The translations under genes and the position numbers were made by a program. DNA of 64,000 nucleotides from Felis catus (taxonomy: Eukaryota), in contig NC_058368.1 of assembly GCF_018350175.1 (NCBI RefSeq), positions 81,346,001-81,410,000 on the forward strand. Reading direction: 5' to 3'. Positions 37,153-49,678 of this stretch are shown piece by piece. The notes below the pieces were generated by a model, which saw nothing but the letters and a program-made list of their open reading frames with translations, was not told the DNA's origin and did no database searches. Every line of letters begins with the position of its first letter. The stretch's first letter is position 1.

Positions 37153-38781
37153 GACCAGCGGGCCCGCAAGGCAACCCGTCCCTCCTCACCTCGCCGCCCG
37201 CACAGGTGCTGGTTCCCGTGCAAGGTGCAGGCTCCAGCCGCTCCCCACTGAGGGTCCAGGAGAACCGGTCCACGGGGCCACGGGGACAGGCTCGGAAGCA
37301 GGCGCTTCCAGGGGCCCCCGAACAAGGGCGGTTTGCAAAGGTGGAGCAGCGTGCAGGGAAACCAGGAGGCTGGTGTGGGGCCCACCTTCCCACCCCCAGG
37401 CCGAGGGATGGGGGGGCAGCAGTCACCAGACCCAGGTCGGCGGGGGCAGGAAGTTGTGCATAGAGAAGCATGAACCTGCCCTGAGAGCTGGGCAGCCGGG
37501 CAGGCGGTGGGGGGAGGGGAGGGGCACCGGGCAGAGATGGGCCTGCCTGGTGGGTGCCCAATCCTGCTTCTGCGTCTGTACAAAGCACGTGTGGCCTCCA
37601 AGTCACCTCTGCCTCCCAGGGGAAGGGGTGGGGACAGATCGGCAGGCCGCATGGGGAGGGGGCCCCACAGCACAGTGACGTCTTCTCTGGAAGGCAGTAC
37701 AGAGGGATGTCGGGAAGCTCTAAAGACCAGGACCCAAAGTGCCCACCCAACTCTCCACTTCACTGGGGTTTGCAAGCTGACTCAGTGACTTTTTTCATTT
37801 GCTGACGAAGCCAGTGGTTCCTCTGGAGTCCCGACCCCCCCCATTTGGTCACTCCTGGCCGGGGTCAGCCCAGGCGCCTGGGGAGCAGCAGACACGGTGT
37901 GTGGCCTGTGCTGATAGCCCGATGTCCCTGGTGCTGGCGGGATGTTGCATCAGGCCGTGCAGAGGGGAGGCCTCGGTGGGACCCATTTCAGCTCTGACCG
38001 CACCTGCGCAGGGCAGTGTCACTGCCTGTCAGTCCCCGCATCAGCTCCAAAGCTGTGGCACGTGGGCAGGTCCCGCCTTGGACTTATTCTAGCGCCCACA
38101 CTCAGGTAGGTCTTGGAGACTGTGATTCCCCCTGGGGCCGCGGAGAGGCTCAGGCATGTTTTTATCCCGGTGCCCAGAGCCCCGCAGGCCCCCCCACCAG
38201 CAAGCCCCAGGCGGGACCCTTCTGCTAGACTCCCAGCAGCCAGGACGACCTCAGCAGATGCTCCCACCGCCGCTGGTCCACGGGGCCTGGCCCAGGGTGG
38301 GTGCGAAAGTGAGGCCCGCTGCGCCAGTTCAGATGGCAGCGTCTCCAGGAGGTGAGGGACTGTCCCCAGTTCACTCCCAGTCCTCCTCCGAATGCGTGGG
38401 GTGAAATCATGCAATCTGAATCTGAACGTAAAGAATAATAAATGAGAAATGAAATCAAAACTCCTCATATATCAAATGCACCACTGCGAGGGAGACAGGA
38501 CTTTAAATGGATTCATGTAGACACATTTCAAAACGGGCAATTTGGATATTAAAACGCAAACGCTATCAGTGGCTTTGGGGAGCGAAGCCAGCTCAGCCGG
38601 CTGGGGACAGGCCACTGCACACCCCTTCCCCCAACCCACTCGCTCAGATGCCCCCCCTCAGCCAGACTTGCAGCATTGCCTGGGTTTGTTCTGTGTTCCT
38701 CCCACCCCTTCGGGATGGGACCCTTGCCTCAATTTGCCTTATTTCCACAGCACTGAGTACGGTGCTGGTGTAGGACTTGAC

Positions 38782-39127
38782 AGGGGTGGGGGAGGGGGTA
38801 GCAGGGAAGAGAGGAAGAGCTAGGGGAGTGAGGAAGGGAGGGGGGAGAAGAGGGGGAAGGGAGGAAGGGGAGGAAAGGAGAAGGGGAAGAGAGGGAGGGG
38901 AAGGAGAGAAAAGGGGAAGGAAGGGAAGGGGAGGGGAAGAGAGGGGGAGGGGAAAAGAGGAGGGGAGAAAGGGGAGGAAAGGGGAAGGGGAGGGAGGGGG
39001 GAAGAGAGGGGAAAGGGAGTGGAGGGAGGGGAGGGAGGGGAAGAGGAGGAGAGCAAAGGGGAGGGGAGGGGGAGGGGAAGAGAAGGGGGAGGGAGAGGGC
39101 AGGAGGGGGGAGAGAAGGGGGAGAGGA
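38782..39127. repeat. Polypurine (GGA/GGGA) tract
   Basis: ~345 bp almost free of pyrimidines on the + strand. Confidence 0.96.
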
Positions 39128-39736
39128 GTACAGCAGGGAGAGCATCTGGGGAGTGATGCTCCCAGATCTGCTGTGGGAGCGCCTGGATATCTCTGGGACA
39201 CAAGGGAGACCTGCTGCACTCCCGGCATCCGACTGGGCACAGGCCAGGCCAGCTTTCCCTGTGATGTGGCCGCAGGCCCTCCCACAGACCGGCTGGCGAG
39301 GCTCTTGCAAACTTTTCTTTATTGTTTTTATTTTCACCGTCCCTTAACTTCGGTCTCTAGGAAAAAAGACACTCTAGGGGTGGGCTGAGGATGGGCACCA
39401 GTAAACAACTGAACAGTACAACGTGGCTCCTCTGACCTTACAGGACGGCCCACCAGGGGAAGTTTCGCAGACAGACACAGGCCACATCCACCTGCACGAG
39501 GGCCACTTCGGGGAGACCGGGATGTGGCCAGTGCCTTAAGACTTTGCCCCTAACGGGGGGGCACAGGGGTCTTTGCCTTGTCCTGGTGCAGACTCACCAA
39601 CACCTAGTCCCTGGTCGAAGAATCTGGTGCCGAGAGCCGGAACTCTCCAATTTAGCCGCTTGGGCTATGAAGCTCTAAGTTGGGGGCAAAAAGATTCTCC
39701 AGTCAAGGGAAATGTGTTATTTTACTTTGTTATTAA

Positions 39737-39949
39737 TTTTTTTTCAACATTTTTATTTATTTTTGGGACAGAGAGAGACAGAGCATGAACGGGGGAGGGG
39801 CAGAGAGAGAGGGAGACACAGAATCGGAAACAGGCTCCAGGCTCCGAGCCATCAGCCCAGAGCCTGACGCGGGGCTCGAACTCACGGACCGCGAGATCGT
39901 AACCTGGCTGAAGTCGGACGCTTAACCAACTGCGCCACCCAGGCGCCCC
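39737..39949 (-). mobile_element. Young SINEC_Fc
   Basis: CpG-intact near-consensus copy; perfect TSD tattttactttg. Confidence 0.97.
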
Positions 39950-40492
39950 TATTTTACTTTGGATAAAAAGATGGCAGGCCCAGCCGTGGACGGCTCTAAC
40001 CTGACCACATCTCTGGGCCCGGCTGCTGTGGGGCGTCCACGGGACGGACGCAGGGCCTGACCCAGCCAGCGCCCCCGGGGACCCATGTGTAATGTGGTGA
40101 TTTTCGGGAGCTGGGCAGTGCCGGCTTCTCCTCCAGGATGCATTTGCGCTTAGAAACGGAGCCATCATTCTGTTCTCTGAGGAGTGGTGTTGAAGACAAT
40201 TACTTAGGGATGTTCCAGAAATTCCCAAATACAAAGATTAATTATAGTCATTTTTAGATTTCATGAAAACAGTTGTTTAAGAGAAACGGCCATAAAACTG
40301 CTTTGTGATCACGCTCCATTTATCAAGGTACACGGAAATACAGTATAATTACTGTGGGGTTTTGGTTATTTGAATTAAGAAGTACTAAACTCATTTTGCA
40401 GCTATTTTGGGCAAGAGCAGGAAGAAATGACTAATATAATGAATGACTTCTTTTTGTGTGCAGCTTTCAAAATATGAGCCCTGTACTATAGG

Positions 40493-40494
<2 letters not shown>

Positions 40495-40522
<28 letters not shown>
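40495..40522. repeat. (GT)n microsatellite
   Basis: Direct observation. Confidence 0.97.
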
Positions 40523-40523
<1 letters not shown>

Positions 40524-41124
40524 GTGAAGTCAAGTCTTTTCCTTTTTTTCAAAAAAAATTTTTTTTTGATGTTAGAAGGCAGTATTATATGGGAGAGGAG
40601 GGAGAGAAAGAAACATGTCTGTAAGACGTGTGTCCCTTGAATGGCACTTCCTGGCACAAACAGGTCTTCAAACTCTTGTCATCTGTGGGAGCAGGGTGGG
40701 TTCTGCCCACTGGGCATCTCAGGAGCCAGGAGAGCTCTGCTCGGGTGCGTGGGGCTCCTTCTCCGGCAGAGCCGAGTGTGACCCCTTGTCCACGGACACC
40801 GTACTCGAGCCAAGGAAGCAAAGGCAGGGCTTGGTTTAAGACCATGTACAAAGGGTCGAGGATCTTTCCTTCTGAAACTGTGTTCTCAGGACCAGCCTCT
40901 GCTTATCTTCCTTCCCTCTCCGTAGGGCGTATCTGCCCGCAGCCATCAACGTCGTCCTTTTCTTTAATCTGGAACATTACGACCGAAGAATTCCATATTA
41001 AGGTTCATCATGTACAGAATCATTTATTTCTTTCAATCCAGTTGGAGACTTCAGAGATCATCTTCTTTAGCCCTTACCTTAGTAGTATTCCCGAATAGAC
41101 ATGGCTTTTGAAGACAAAGATGGA

Positions 41125-41279
41125 ATTTTTGTTTGTTTTTTGAAGGAGAGAGAGAGAGAGAGAGAGAGGCAGAGGGAGAGGGAGAGAATCTTAAACAGAC
41201 TCCGGGCTCTGCAGAGATCATGACCAGAGCTGAAATCAAGAGTCAGACTCTTAACCAACAGAGCTACCCAGGTGCCCCC
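41125..41279 (-). mobile_element. Can-SINE, internally deleted
   Basis: (GA)n linker and gagatcatgacc...ccaggtgcccc; TSD caaagatgga(a/c)tttt. Confidence 0.9.
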
Positions 41280-41669
41280 AAAGATGGACTTTTAACAATA
41301 ATCTGCAAAAGTTCCTTAGAATAAAGACATTTTTCTTCATGCCTAAGGGCACACGTCTTTTATAACTGGGCCCCTTGCCCTTCTCCTAAAGGTCAGCAGG
41401 AAGGGGTCTGTTCTCACAGGGATGATGGGAGCTACCCCATCACGACTGCTTAATGTCTTTGCCTTTTTTCACGACTCAAATTTTTTTGGTTAATTATTTT
41501 AGTTTCCACAGGTATTTCAGTGCTGAAAATATCACAAAGACTCTTCTTCCCCCCATGCTTAGATGCCTTACCTAATATCATGGAAAGTCAGAGTGTTGCC
41601 CTTCTAGGTAATGAACTGCTGTCTCACTCGGATCCCCAGGCATTTTCCTGTTCACTTTTGCTAAGCAAC

Positions 41670-41865
41670 TGTATTAATTAGCTACTGCTGTGTGAAAAAT
41701 CACCCAAAATTCAGAGGCAAGAAATCTCACCTCGCAGATTCTGTGAGTCAGCAGTGAGGGAGTGACTGGGCTTGGTGGCTCAGCCCCGGGTCCCTCGTGA
41801 GGTTGTGTTGAGGATGTCAGCAGGGCTGCTGTCGCGTTAAGGTGATTCTTCATGGGAGAACTGGC
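41670..41865 (-). mobile_element. MaLR LTR fragment (older MLT1)
   Basis: tgtattaattagctactgctgtgt...cacccaaaa...gattctgtgagtcag...gatgtcagcagggctgc. Confidence 0.65.
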
Positions 41866-42494
41866 CGGTGACACGTGAGGAAGGTGATATTTGATGCTCA
41901 CTTTTAAATTCTTCCCTACCCTGTGCAGAATCCACCCTAGACACAAATTTTTGATGCTGATAGCCTCAGACTTTACAGCCACAGATGTTTATAAGACATT
42001 ATTATAAACCAGAAAACATTGGAAATACCCTACAAGGACCACTCTGGAGGTGTGATGGACCCAGCGCCTTGTGTGGCTGGCAGGGGGAGGAGGAAGGGGG
42101 CGTCTGCTTGGAGAAAGCCAGCTCTGGGCTTCAAGATGCCGGATGAAGATAAGGCATTGAGGACACTGGAGCAAATGTGAGCAGGGAGAAGGCGGCTGTT
42201 TGAAGATCTCCAGAGGTGGGAAGGTGCAAAGGGACGGCGAGGGGGGTAGTCCGGAGTTTCCTCAGTTTTCTCCTACAGGCAGTGGCTCTGGGGAGGCTGA
42301 CTGTAGGCTACATGCATGGTGACTTAAATAAATACCAAAAAATGGAAAGCAAACTAAGAAAAATGTCTGCAAACTAGAAAAATAAGAAGAAATCCACCAA
42401 AATGTCAATTGTGGTTATCTCTAGATGAGGTTGTAGGTGATTTTCCCTTCATTTAAGTTTTAAGTTTAAAAAAATTGCAAGTTTAAAATAAAAA

Positions 42495-42705
42495 AAATTT
42501 AATGTTTTTATTTATTTTTGAGAGAGGGAGAGAGACAGAGCTTGAGCGGGGGAGGGGCAGAGAGAGAGAGAGACACAGAATCCGAAGCAGCTCCAGGCTC
42601 CGAGCTGTCAGCACAGAGCCCGACACGGGGCTCGAACTCACAAACTGTGAGATTATGACCTGAGCTGAAGTTGGATGCTTAACCGACTGAGCCACCCAGG
42701 CACCC
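42495..42705 (-). mobile_element. Can-SINE
   Basis: Consensus-like body; TSD caagtttaaa. Confidence 0.95.
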
Positions 42706-43816
42706 ACAAGTTTAAATTTTTATAGGAAGGATGCATCAATTTTTAATATACCTTCTTTTTACCGAAACATTTTCAAAATTCGCGCAGTTATGGTCCCGTT
42801 GTTTTAGCGCACAGGTGTAGCAGTTTTGACAAATGCAAACGTGTAACACCACCACAAGGGAAACACGAACCGATCCCGTACCCTGCCCACCCGTCAGGGA
42901 TGTCTCCTCCCACCCTTTGTGGTCAAACCCCGGCCCTACTCAGAGCCCAGGCCACACTGACTGGGTCTCTGTCCCTCCCGCCTTGCCAGTTCCAGAATGG
43001 CCCGTGAATGGAACTTTACGGAGTGCAGCCTCCTGGGTCTGGCTTTCTTGCACCTCAGCCCCACGGGACTGCGGGCTCCATTGCTGTCGTTTGCGGGAAC
43101 CAGCTTGTTTTCCCTTCCATCTGAGGGACGCCGAAGTTCTTCCCGGTGTTTGGCAGTTGCCAAAAAAGCTACTAAAAGCATTTGGGGGAGCGAGTTTTGT
43201 TTTCATCTGGATAACTGCGAAGGTGTAGGATTACGAGGGTTCCATCTTATGGTACGATCGTGTTTATTAGAAGCTTCTGAACTGTCTTTCAGAACGGCCA
43301 CACCATTTGCCTTGTATGAGAATTCCTGTCACCCCATATCCTCACTGACACTTAGGAATGTAAGCGTTCTTTTTAGCCATGTAATTGGTACACTGAATAT
43401 ATTAAATGTAGAGGCATCTCCCTATGGTTTTAACTTGCGATTCCCTGCTGACTCATGGTATTGAGCATTTTCTCATGTGGTTGTTGGCCATCGATATTAT
43501 CTCTTTGGTAAAATCTGTGTTGAAATATTTTGCCAATTTTATTATTGGCTTGTTTGGTTTCTTGTCGCTGACATTTGAGGGCTCCTTATATACTCTGTAC
43601 ACAAGTCCTTTGCCAGGCATGTGATTTACAAATATTTTTCCTAATCCGTATCTTGTATTTTTCCTCTCTTAAGAGTAATAGGACAGAGCAGAAGTTTCTC
43701 AATTTTGACAAAGACCAGTGTATTCATTTATCCTTGTGGATTATGCTTCAATGTTGCATTTAAGACCTTTTCACTGAACTCAAGCTCACAAAGGTTTTCT
43801 CCTATATTTTCTACAA

Positions 43817-44036
43817 TTTTTAAAAATTTTTTAAATGTTTACTCATTTTTGAGAAAGAGAGAGAGAGAGAGGCAGAGCATGAACAGGGGAGGTGCAGAGA
43901 GAGAGGGGGCCACAGAATCTGAAGCAGGTTCCAGGCTCTGAGCTGTCAGCACAGAGCCTGATGGGCTCGAACCCACGAACTATGATGACCTGAGCCTAAG
44001 TTGGACGCTCAACCAACTGAGCCACCCAGGCACTCC
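43817..44036 (-). mobile_element. Can-SINE in L1
   Basis: Consensus-like body; TSD ctacaattttta. Confidence 0.94.
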
Positions 44037-45814
44037 TACAATTTTTATATTTTATGTTTTACATTTAGGTCTATAATCAATTTTGAGTTAATAGACAGTG
44101 GCTCTCTTTTTTTTCTTCATACAAAGTTAAATGGTCTTTGCACCTTTGTCAAAACTCAGTTGACCTGATCTGTGTGACTCTATCTCTGGGCTCTTTCCTT
44201 GTGATCTACATACCCCTGGTTTCTCCATGACACCATCTTGATTCCGGGAGCTTTAAAGTAGGTGTCGGAATCAGGTAGTTTTAATTTTGTTCTTTTTCAA
44301 AATTGTTTTCACGTAAATTTTAGAGTCAGTTTGTCTATCCCTAAAGAATCTTGCTGGGGTTTGGATTGGGATTGCCTCGGCCCTGCAGCTCAGTTCTGGA
44401 AGAGTTGACGTGCTGACCACAGTAAGCCTGCTGGCAGTGCACGTTTTCTGTTACTTTGGGCCTTTCGTTTCTCTCATCAGTGCTTGTAGTCGGCACACAG
44501 ACCCCACCCTTATTAAGTGGTACAAATAACTGAATATTTCATTTGCATGCTACCGTTGAAATGATAGTTTTTTAAAAGTTTTATTTCCAGTTGTTTATTT
44601 CTAGTACCTAGACGTACAATTGATGTTTTTTGTATATATTGGCGACGTATCCTATGACCTTGCTACGCTCAACTAGACCTCATAGAGGTTCCACAGGATT
44701 CGCGGTGGAGACGACCGCGCCTTCTGTGAATGGGGACAGCCTATTTCTTCCTTCACAATCTGCAGATTATGTTTCTCTTCTTTGCCTAGTCTCGCTGGTA
44801 AGGATTTCCGGCATGATGTCAAATAGCACGCGGAAGCGGTAAGACCAGACAGTCTTCCTTTGTCCTGAAGCATTCCGTCTTTACCCTTAGGTCCGATGTT
44901 AGCTATAGGTTTTTCACAGATTTCCTTTACCAGGTTAAGGAAGTTCCCTTCCTAGTTTGCTGAGGGTTCAAATCGGGCATAAGTCTGCTTCCCCCACACC
45001 TCATGAGATGGTCACGTGAGTTTTTTCGTTTTGTTTGTTAGCACAACAGCGTGTTTATTGATTTCTAAATGTTGAGTCTACCTTGCATTCTTGGGATAGA
45101 CCCCACTTAGTCATGATATATTGTTCTTACTGCAAAATGCCAAATTTTATTTGCTTTTTTTTTTTTGCTGAGAACTTCCGTGTCTAACGCCCGTGAAGAA
45201 TGTTGGTCTGCAGTTTTCTCATCATGTCTTTTCTGTGTTTTGTAGCAGGGTAACGCTGACCTCATAATGTAAGTTTGGAGGGCTCCTGCCTCTTCTATTT
45301 TCTGTGAGAAATTGTGTAAACTAGTCTCATATTTTGCTTAGAGGTCAGATAGGATTTTCAAGTGAAATTATCTGAGTTTAGAGGATTTTTTTTTTAAGTT
45401 TTCAAGTATGACCACCATTTCTTTAACAGATATGGAGCAATCAAAGTTATCTCTTTCTTTGTCAGTGGCTTTGGTTGTCTTTCAAGAAATGGGCCATTCA
45501 ATCTAAGCAATTAGGTGAAAGAGTTGTTCAGAGCATTTCCGTATTGCATTTGTAGTGTCTCTTGGCCTGTAGGACACAGCCTGTCTCTCTTCCTCCTGAT
45601 GCTCGTCTCTGTTTCTCTTGGTCGGTCCAGCTAGGATCTTACCATTTCTTAAGTCTCTCCAAAGAACCAGCTACTGGTTTCATGAGTTTCCTCTATGGCT
45701 TTCTGCTTTCATTCCGTGGATATCTGCTTTATGATTTTCTTCACTTTGGTTTACTTTGCTCTTGTTTTTCTAGCTTCTTAAGGTGAGAGGCTAGAATCAT
45801 GCTTTGAGATATGA

Positions 45815-46039
45815 TTTATTTTTATTAAAAATTTTTTAACGTGTATTTATTATTGAGAGACAGAGACAGAGCATGAGCAGGGGAGGGGCAGAGAGAGAGG
45901 GAGACACAGAATCTGAAGCAGGCTCCAGGCTCCGAGCTGTCAGCACAGAGCCCGACACGGGGCTGGAACCCACAAACCACAAGATCATGACCTGAGTGGA
46001 AGTCAGACACTCAGCCATCTGAGCCACCCAGGTGCCCCC
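45815..46039 (-). mobile_element. Can-SINE
   Basis: Consensus-like body. Confidence 0.95.
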
Positions 46040-46096
46040 TCTTTTTTTTAATAAGTGGCTTCAAAAGACAAGTGCCCTACCAAATGATCTTTTAAG

Positions 46097-46316
46097 ATTT
46101 TTTAAAATTGTTTTTAATGTTTATTTTTGAGAGAGAGAGAGAGAGAGAGAGCACGAGCAGGGGAGGGGCAGAGAAAGAGGGAGACACAGAATCGGAAGCC
46201 ACTCCAGGCTCTGAGCTGTCAGCACAGAGCCTGATGCGGGGCTCGAACCCACAAACCGCGAGATCATGACCTGAGCGGAAGTCGGACACTTAACTGACTG
46301 AGCCACCCAGGTGCCC
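46097..46316 (-). mobile_element. Can-SINE
   Basis: Consensus-like body; short TSD taagat. Confidence 0.95.
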
Positions 46317-46363
46317 TAAGATATTATTTATTTTTAGATATAAGCATTTAAATCTATACTCTT

Positions 46364-46486
46364 TGGGACAACTGGGTGGTTCCGTTGATTGAGGATCCGT
46401 CTCTTGATCTCAGCTCAGGTCTTGATCAGGGTTGTGAGTTCAAGCCCCGTGTTGGGCTCCACGCTGGGCATGAAGCCTACTTAAAA
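46364..46486 (+). mobile_element. Short Can-SINE
   Basis: ctcttgatctcagctcaggtc...gttcaagccccgtgttgggctccacgctggg...agcctacttaaaa. Confidence 0.88.
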
Positions 46487-48476
46487 ATACATATATATTC
46501 TTTGTCTAAGCCCTGCTCTAGCTGCATCCGTCTATTTTTGATATGTTGTGTTTTAGTTTTTATTCAGATAAAAATATTTTCTAAGTTTCCTCGATACCTT
46601 CCTCTTGACCTATGGGTTATTTAAAAATGTGTTGTTTAATATCCAAATAATCAGGAATTTTCTGGCTATCTTCCTGTGAGTGATTTCCTTCTTAATGCCA
46701 TTGTGTTTGAACAATGGAGTTTATATGGCTTCAATTATTTTACATTTGTAAGGGTGTGGTTAATGGTGTGCGGCAGGAGCGTCCAGCGGGCGCCCCGAGG
46801 GGCACTGCTCTGTGACGCTGGCTCCGCACTAGGCGGCTTCCTATCTGCACTGTCCGCAGGTGGCCCAACCGGCTCAGGGCTGGCTTCCTTCGATTGTTTT
46901 CCTCTTTGAAAATTGGCCAGAGGTAGTTTGCTCTTTGCATGTCGAGTAAGTTTGGATTCTATTCTGGACACTTTGAATGATATATTGTGAGACTCTGGAT
47001 CTTGTTAAAATCGTCTTGAAGACGTTGATTCTTGTTTGTGGTTTGTTGCATCAGGCAATCCACCTGGTTAGGTTCCAAACGCAAACTCCTCCTGACTTCT
47101 ATGGATGGTGATTCCAATGCCAGTTACGTTTGCCAAGCCTGCGCTCTGCTGCCTGGGACTGGACCCCACCTGCTCCGTGTTGGTGGGTTCTGTCACGGCT
47201 CAGGTCCCACAGCCCTGCCCGTGCTTCTGGCGTGTTGCTGGCATGTGAGTTCATACACAACCGGGGAATCCCTTTCTCCCTTCTGGGATTTCGCCCACAC
47301 TTGACAGCATCTCGTGGCCCCTTTTCCAAATGTCTCCGGCCAGATAAATGCGATCCTCTCGGAATCTCTCCAGAATTTTGGCAGTTTCAGGTCCAAAGAA
47401 CAATGGAAAGAGAAAGAGAGAGAGAGAGAGATAACAGGTGTTTCTTTCATTCTTCACAGAAAAGTCCTTTCCCCTGAGTTCACAGAGATGGGTTTTCTCT
47501 TGGGATCTTAAGGGGGAGGACCATTACTGTGACAGTGTGGGTTCAAAAGTGGGGCTGGCCTCAGGGCAGGGCCAGAAGAGAAAAATACACACACACAGAG
47601 AAAAACAGGGATTGTCCCCAGATAGTCTGGTGCACGAGGCTGACTTTTGCCAATCCTCTGGGAAAAGTTGGGGTGTCTCTTGTCCCTGCTGCACACCTGA
47701 AAGATAAGGAGGTCTCTGGTGAGTGCGCCCTTGGGTCAAGGCTGACACATACGGAAAGGGGACACCGGGAAACTCGGCGCAGACATACCGATTGTTCTCC
47801 AGGTGGGGAGACTCTGCCCAGCCCGCTTCTCTTGCGTACTGCTGAAGGCCAGGACATCGCATGTGGTATTTTGTTCAGAGTCTCTGGTTACGTCGGGGAG
47901 CCCAGACAACGGTGCTTCACAGCCTCTTGGCCTGCACAAGCCCCATTCATTTTCCAGCTCTTCCTCACTTTCCAACACGAAAATCTGTTCTAAGTTCAAG
48001 ACCTGACATCAGATTTTCTCCGAGGAGTCTTGCTTCCTTTGACAAGAGTTTACACATGCGGATCTGGGTGGCGGGGCCCTCCCTGCTCGCGACGCTTCTG
48101 GGACTGAAGTTAGGGACTCACAGGGCACCTCCTGCGTGAAGCACCCCTGCAGGGCCCTCCCTGCCTTCCCCACTCCACACCCCCTTTTCCTGCTCAGACC
48201 CCTGCTTCCAGAGATTCCAAAGTATCTATCTGTTCACTGGCTCCCACCTCCAACAGGTGCGGCACGGAGGCCGAACCAGAGGGTCGGCAGAGCCCAGAAA
48301 GCAGAGTTCAGGGTCTCCACACTGCTTTTTATCGTACGTGGTTTCAAACTGGAACACACACACCGGGTGCTATGAGCAGTCTCAACTGGCCCGCCTTTCG
48401 TCTCATTTCCACTCACCCCAGGGGCAAGGATTTTTGTTTGTCTGGATTTCCCAGCTGGGGTTTCTTTGTACAAAAT

Positions 48477-48502
48477 TGTGTGTGTGTGTGTGTGTGTGTG
48501 TG
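48477..48502. repeat. (TG)n microsatellite
   Basis: Direct observation. Confidence 0.97.
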
Positions 48503-48821
48503 TCCTTGTTTCCACTTCTTTCTCACAGAAAAGGTAACTTACACGTATACCTTGCCCCTTGTCCTTCCCTGAGTGGACGGTGCTGGAAATTCCTCCAGGT
48601 CAGCTCACGAAAGGTCATTTGGGATGTGGCTCCCGTCCTGGCACACGTCTGGCCTTGCACGAGGGTGGCTTCTCAGCCACTGTGATAAAGCCCTGCCTAG
48701 AGCCCACTCTACCTTCTCCTCCATTGTCTCCCCTCCTCCTGTCCTATCCACCACAGGTAGGAAATTCCAGAACTCTAGGATGACCACCAGCAGCCCTCTG
48801 GTTCCCTGGTTGGCCCTCTGG

Positions 48822-49051
48822 CCCTCCCTCCTCCCCCTCCCCTCCTCCCTTCCCTCTCCTCCCCTCCCTCTCCCTCCCCCTCCCTTCCTCCTCCTCCTCC
48901 CCCTCCCTTCTCCCTCCTCCTCTCCCTCTCCCTCCCCCTCCCTTCCCCCTCCTCCTCTCCCTCTCCCTCCCCCCTCCCTTCCCCCTCCTCCTCTCCCTCT
49001 CCTTCCTCCTCCCCCTTCCCCCTCCTCATCTCCTTCCCTTCCTCCTCTCCC
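48822..49051. repeat. Polypyrimidine (TCC/TCCC) tract
   Basis: ~230 bp almost purine-free on the + strand. Confidence 0.96.
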
Positions 49052-49504
49052 AATCCGTCCCTGCCTCTTCTCCACCATGGCTGCCTGATACAGATTCTTT
49101 CTGTTTACATTTTCTTTTTCTTTTAAATAAAAAAGCATGTTATACAAATCCTACAATCATACATTAACAATCAAAATAAAAATGCCCTGAGCAAGTAACA
49201 AAGGTCACAAGGCAGTCCCACCAGGGAGGGAGCGGGCATCAGGATACAGGTGGGGGCACGGCAGGCGGGAGTCGGCAGGACACCGTTCACGCCAACACGC
49301 AAACTGAGAGGCTCAGCAAAGGTGAGTAATGTTTAGAAGCCAAGTAAAAAACACCAGTGTGATCCTGACGACACTCAAAATAATACAACTCAGCAGAAAT
49401 CCCTGGATGGTTTTAACTGAAATTATCACATTCTGTTGAATTGTCCAGATAATTTAAAAGCTCACCTATAATTTGGGCTGAAATAAAAGCCTTTTTAAAA
49501 ATGG

Positions 49505-49678
49505 TTATTTAGTTTTAAGAGAGAGAGAGAGACAGAGCATGAGTGGGGGAGGGACAGAGAGAGAAGGAGACACAGAATCTGAAGCAGCTCCAGGCTCTGA
49601 GCTGGCAGCACAGAGCCTGAAGTGGGGCTCGAACCCACGACCTGAGCCAAGTAAGGTGATGAACCCCCCAGGCGCCCC
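49505..49678 (-). mobile_element. Can-SINE with deleted/rearranged tRNA-like head
   Basis: Body intact to cgaacccacga, then shortened; TSD-like taaaagc..ttttaaa. Confidence 0.9.

Larger units (their letters stand above)
42750..46770 (-). mobile_element. Old L1 (L1MB-like), 3' UTR through degenerate ORF2, interrupted by four SINEs
   Basis: ttgagcattttctcatgtg, ctttgcacctttgtcaaaa, gatgttagctataggttttt, ccttgcattcttgggata, aaagaaccagct. Confidence 0.88.

Noticed and set aside
36807..37775. Longest ORFs (322 aa and 294 aa, - strand)
   Set aside because: They overlap an MLT1 LTR and GC-rich DNA, several frames are open together, composition is Pro/Gly/Arg-biased and no domain is recognisable
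38644..39388. Pro-rich and Gly/Glu/Arg-rich ORFs (also 48573-49147, 20015-20431, 35056-35663)
   Set aside because: Translations of simple repeats
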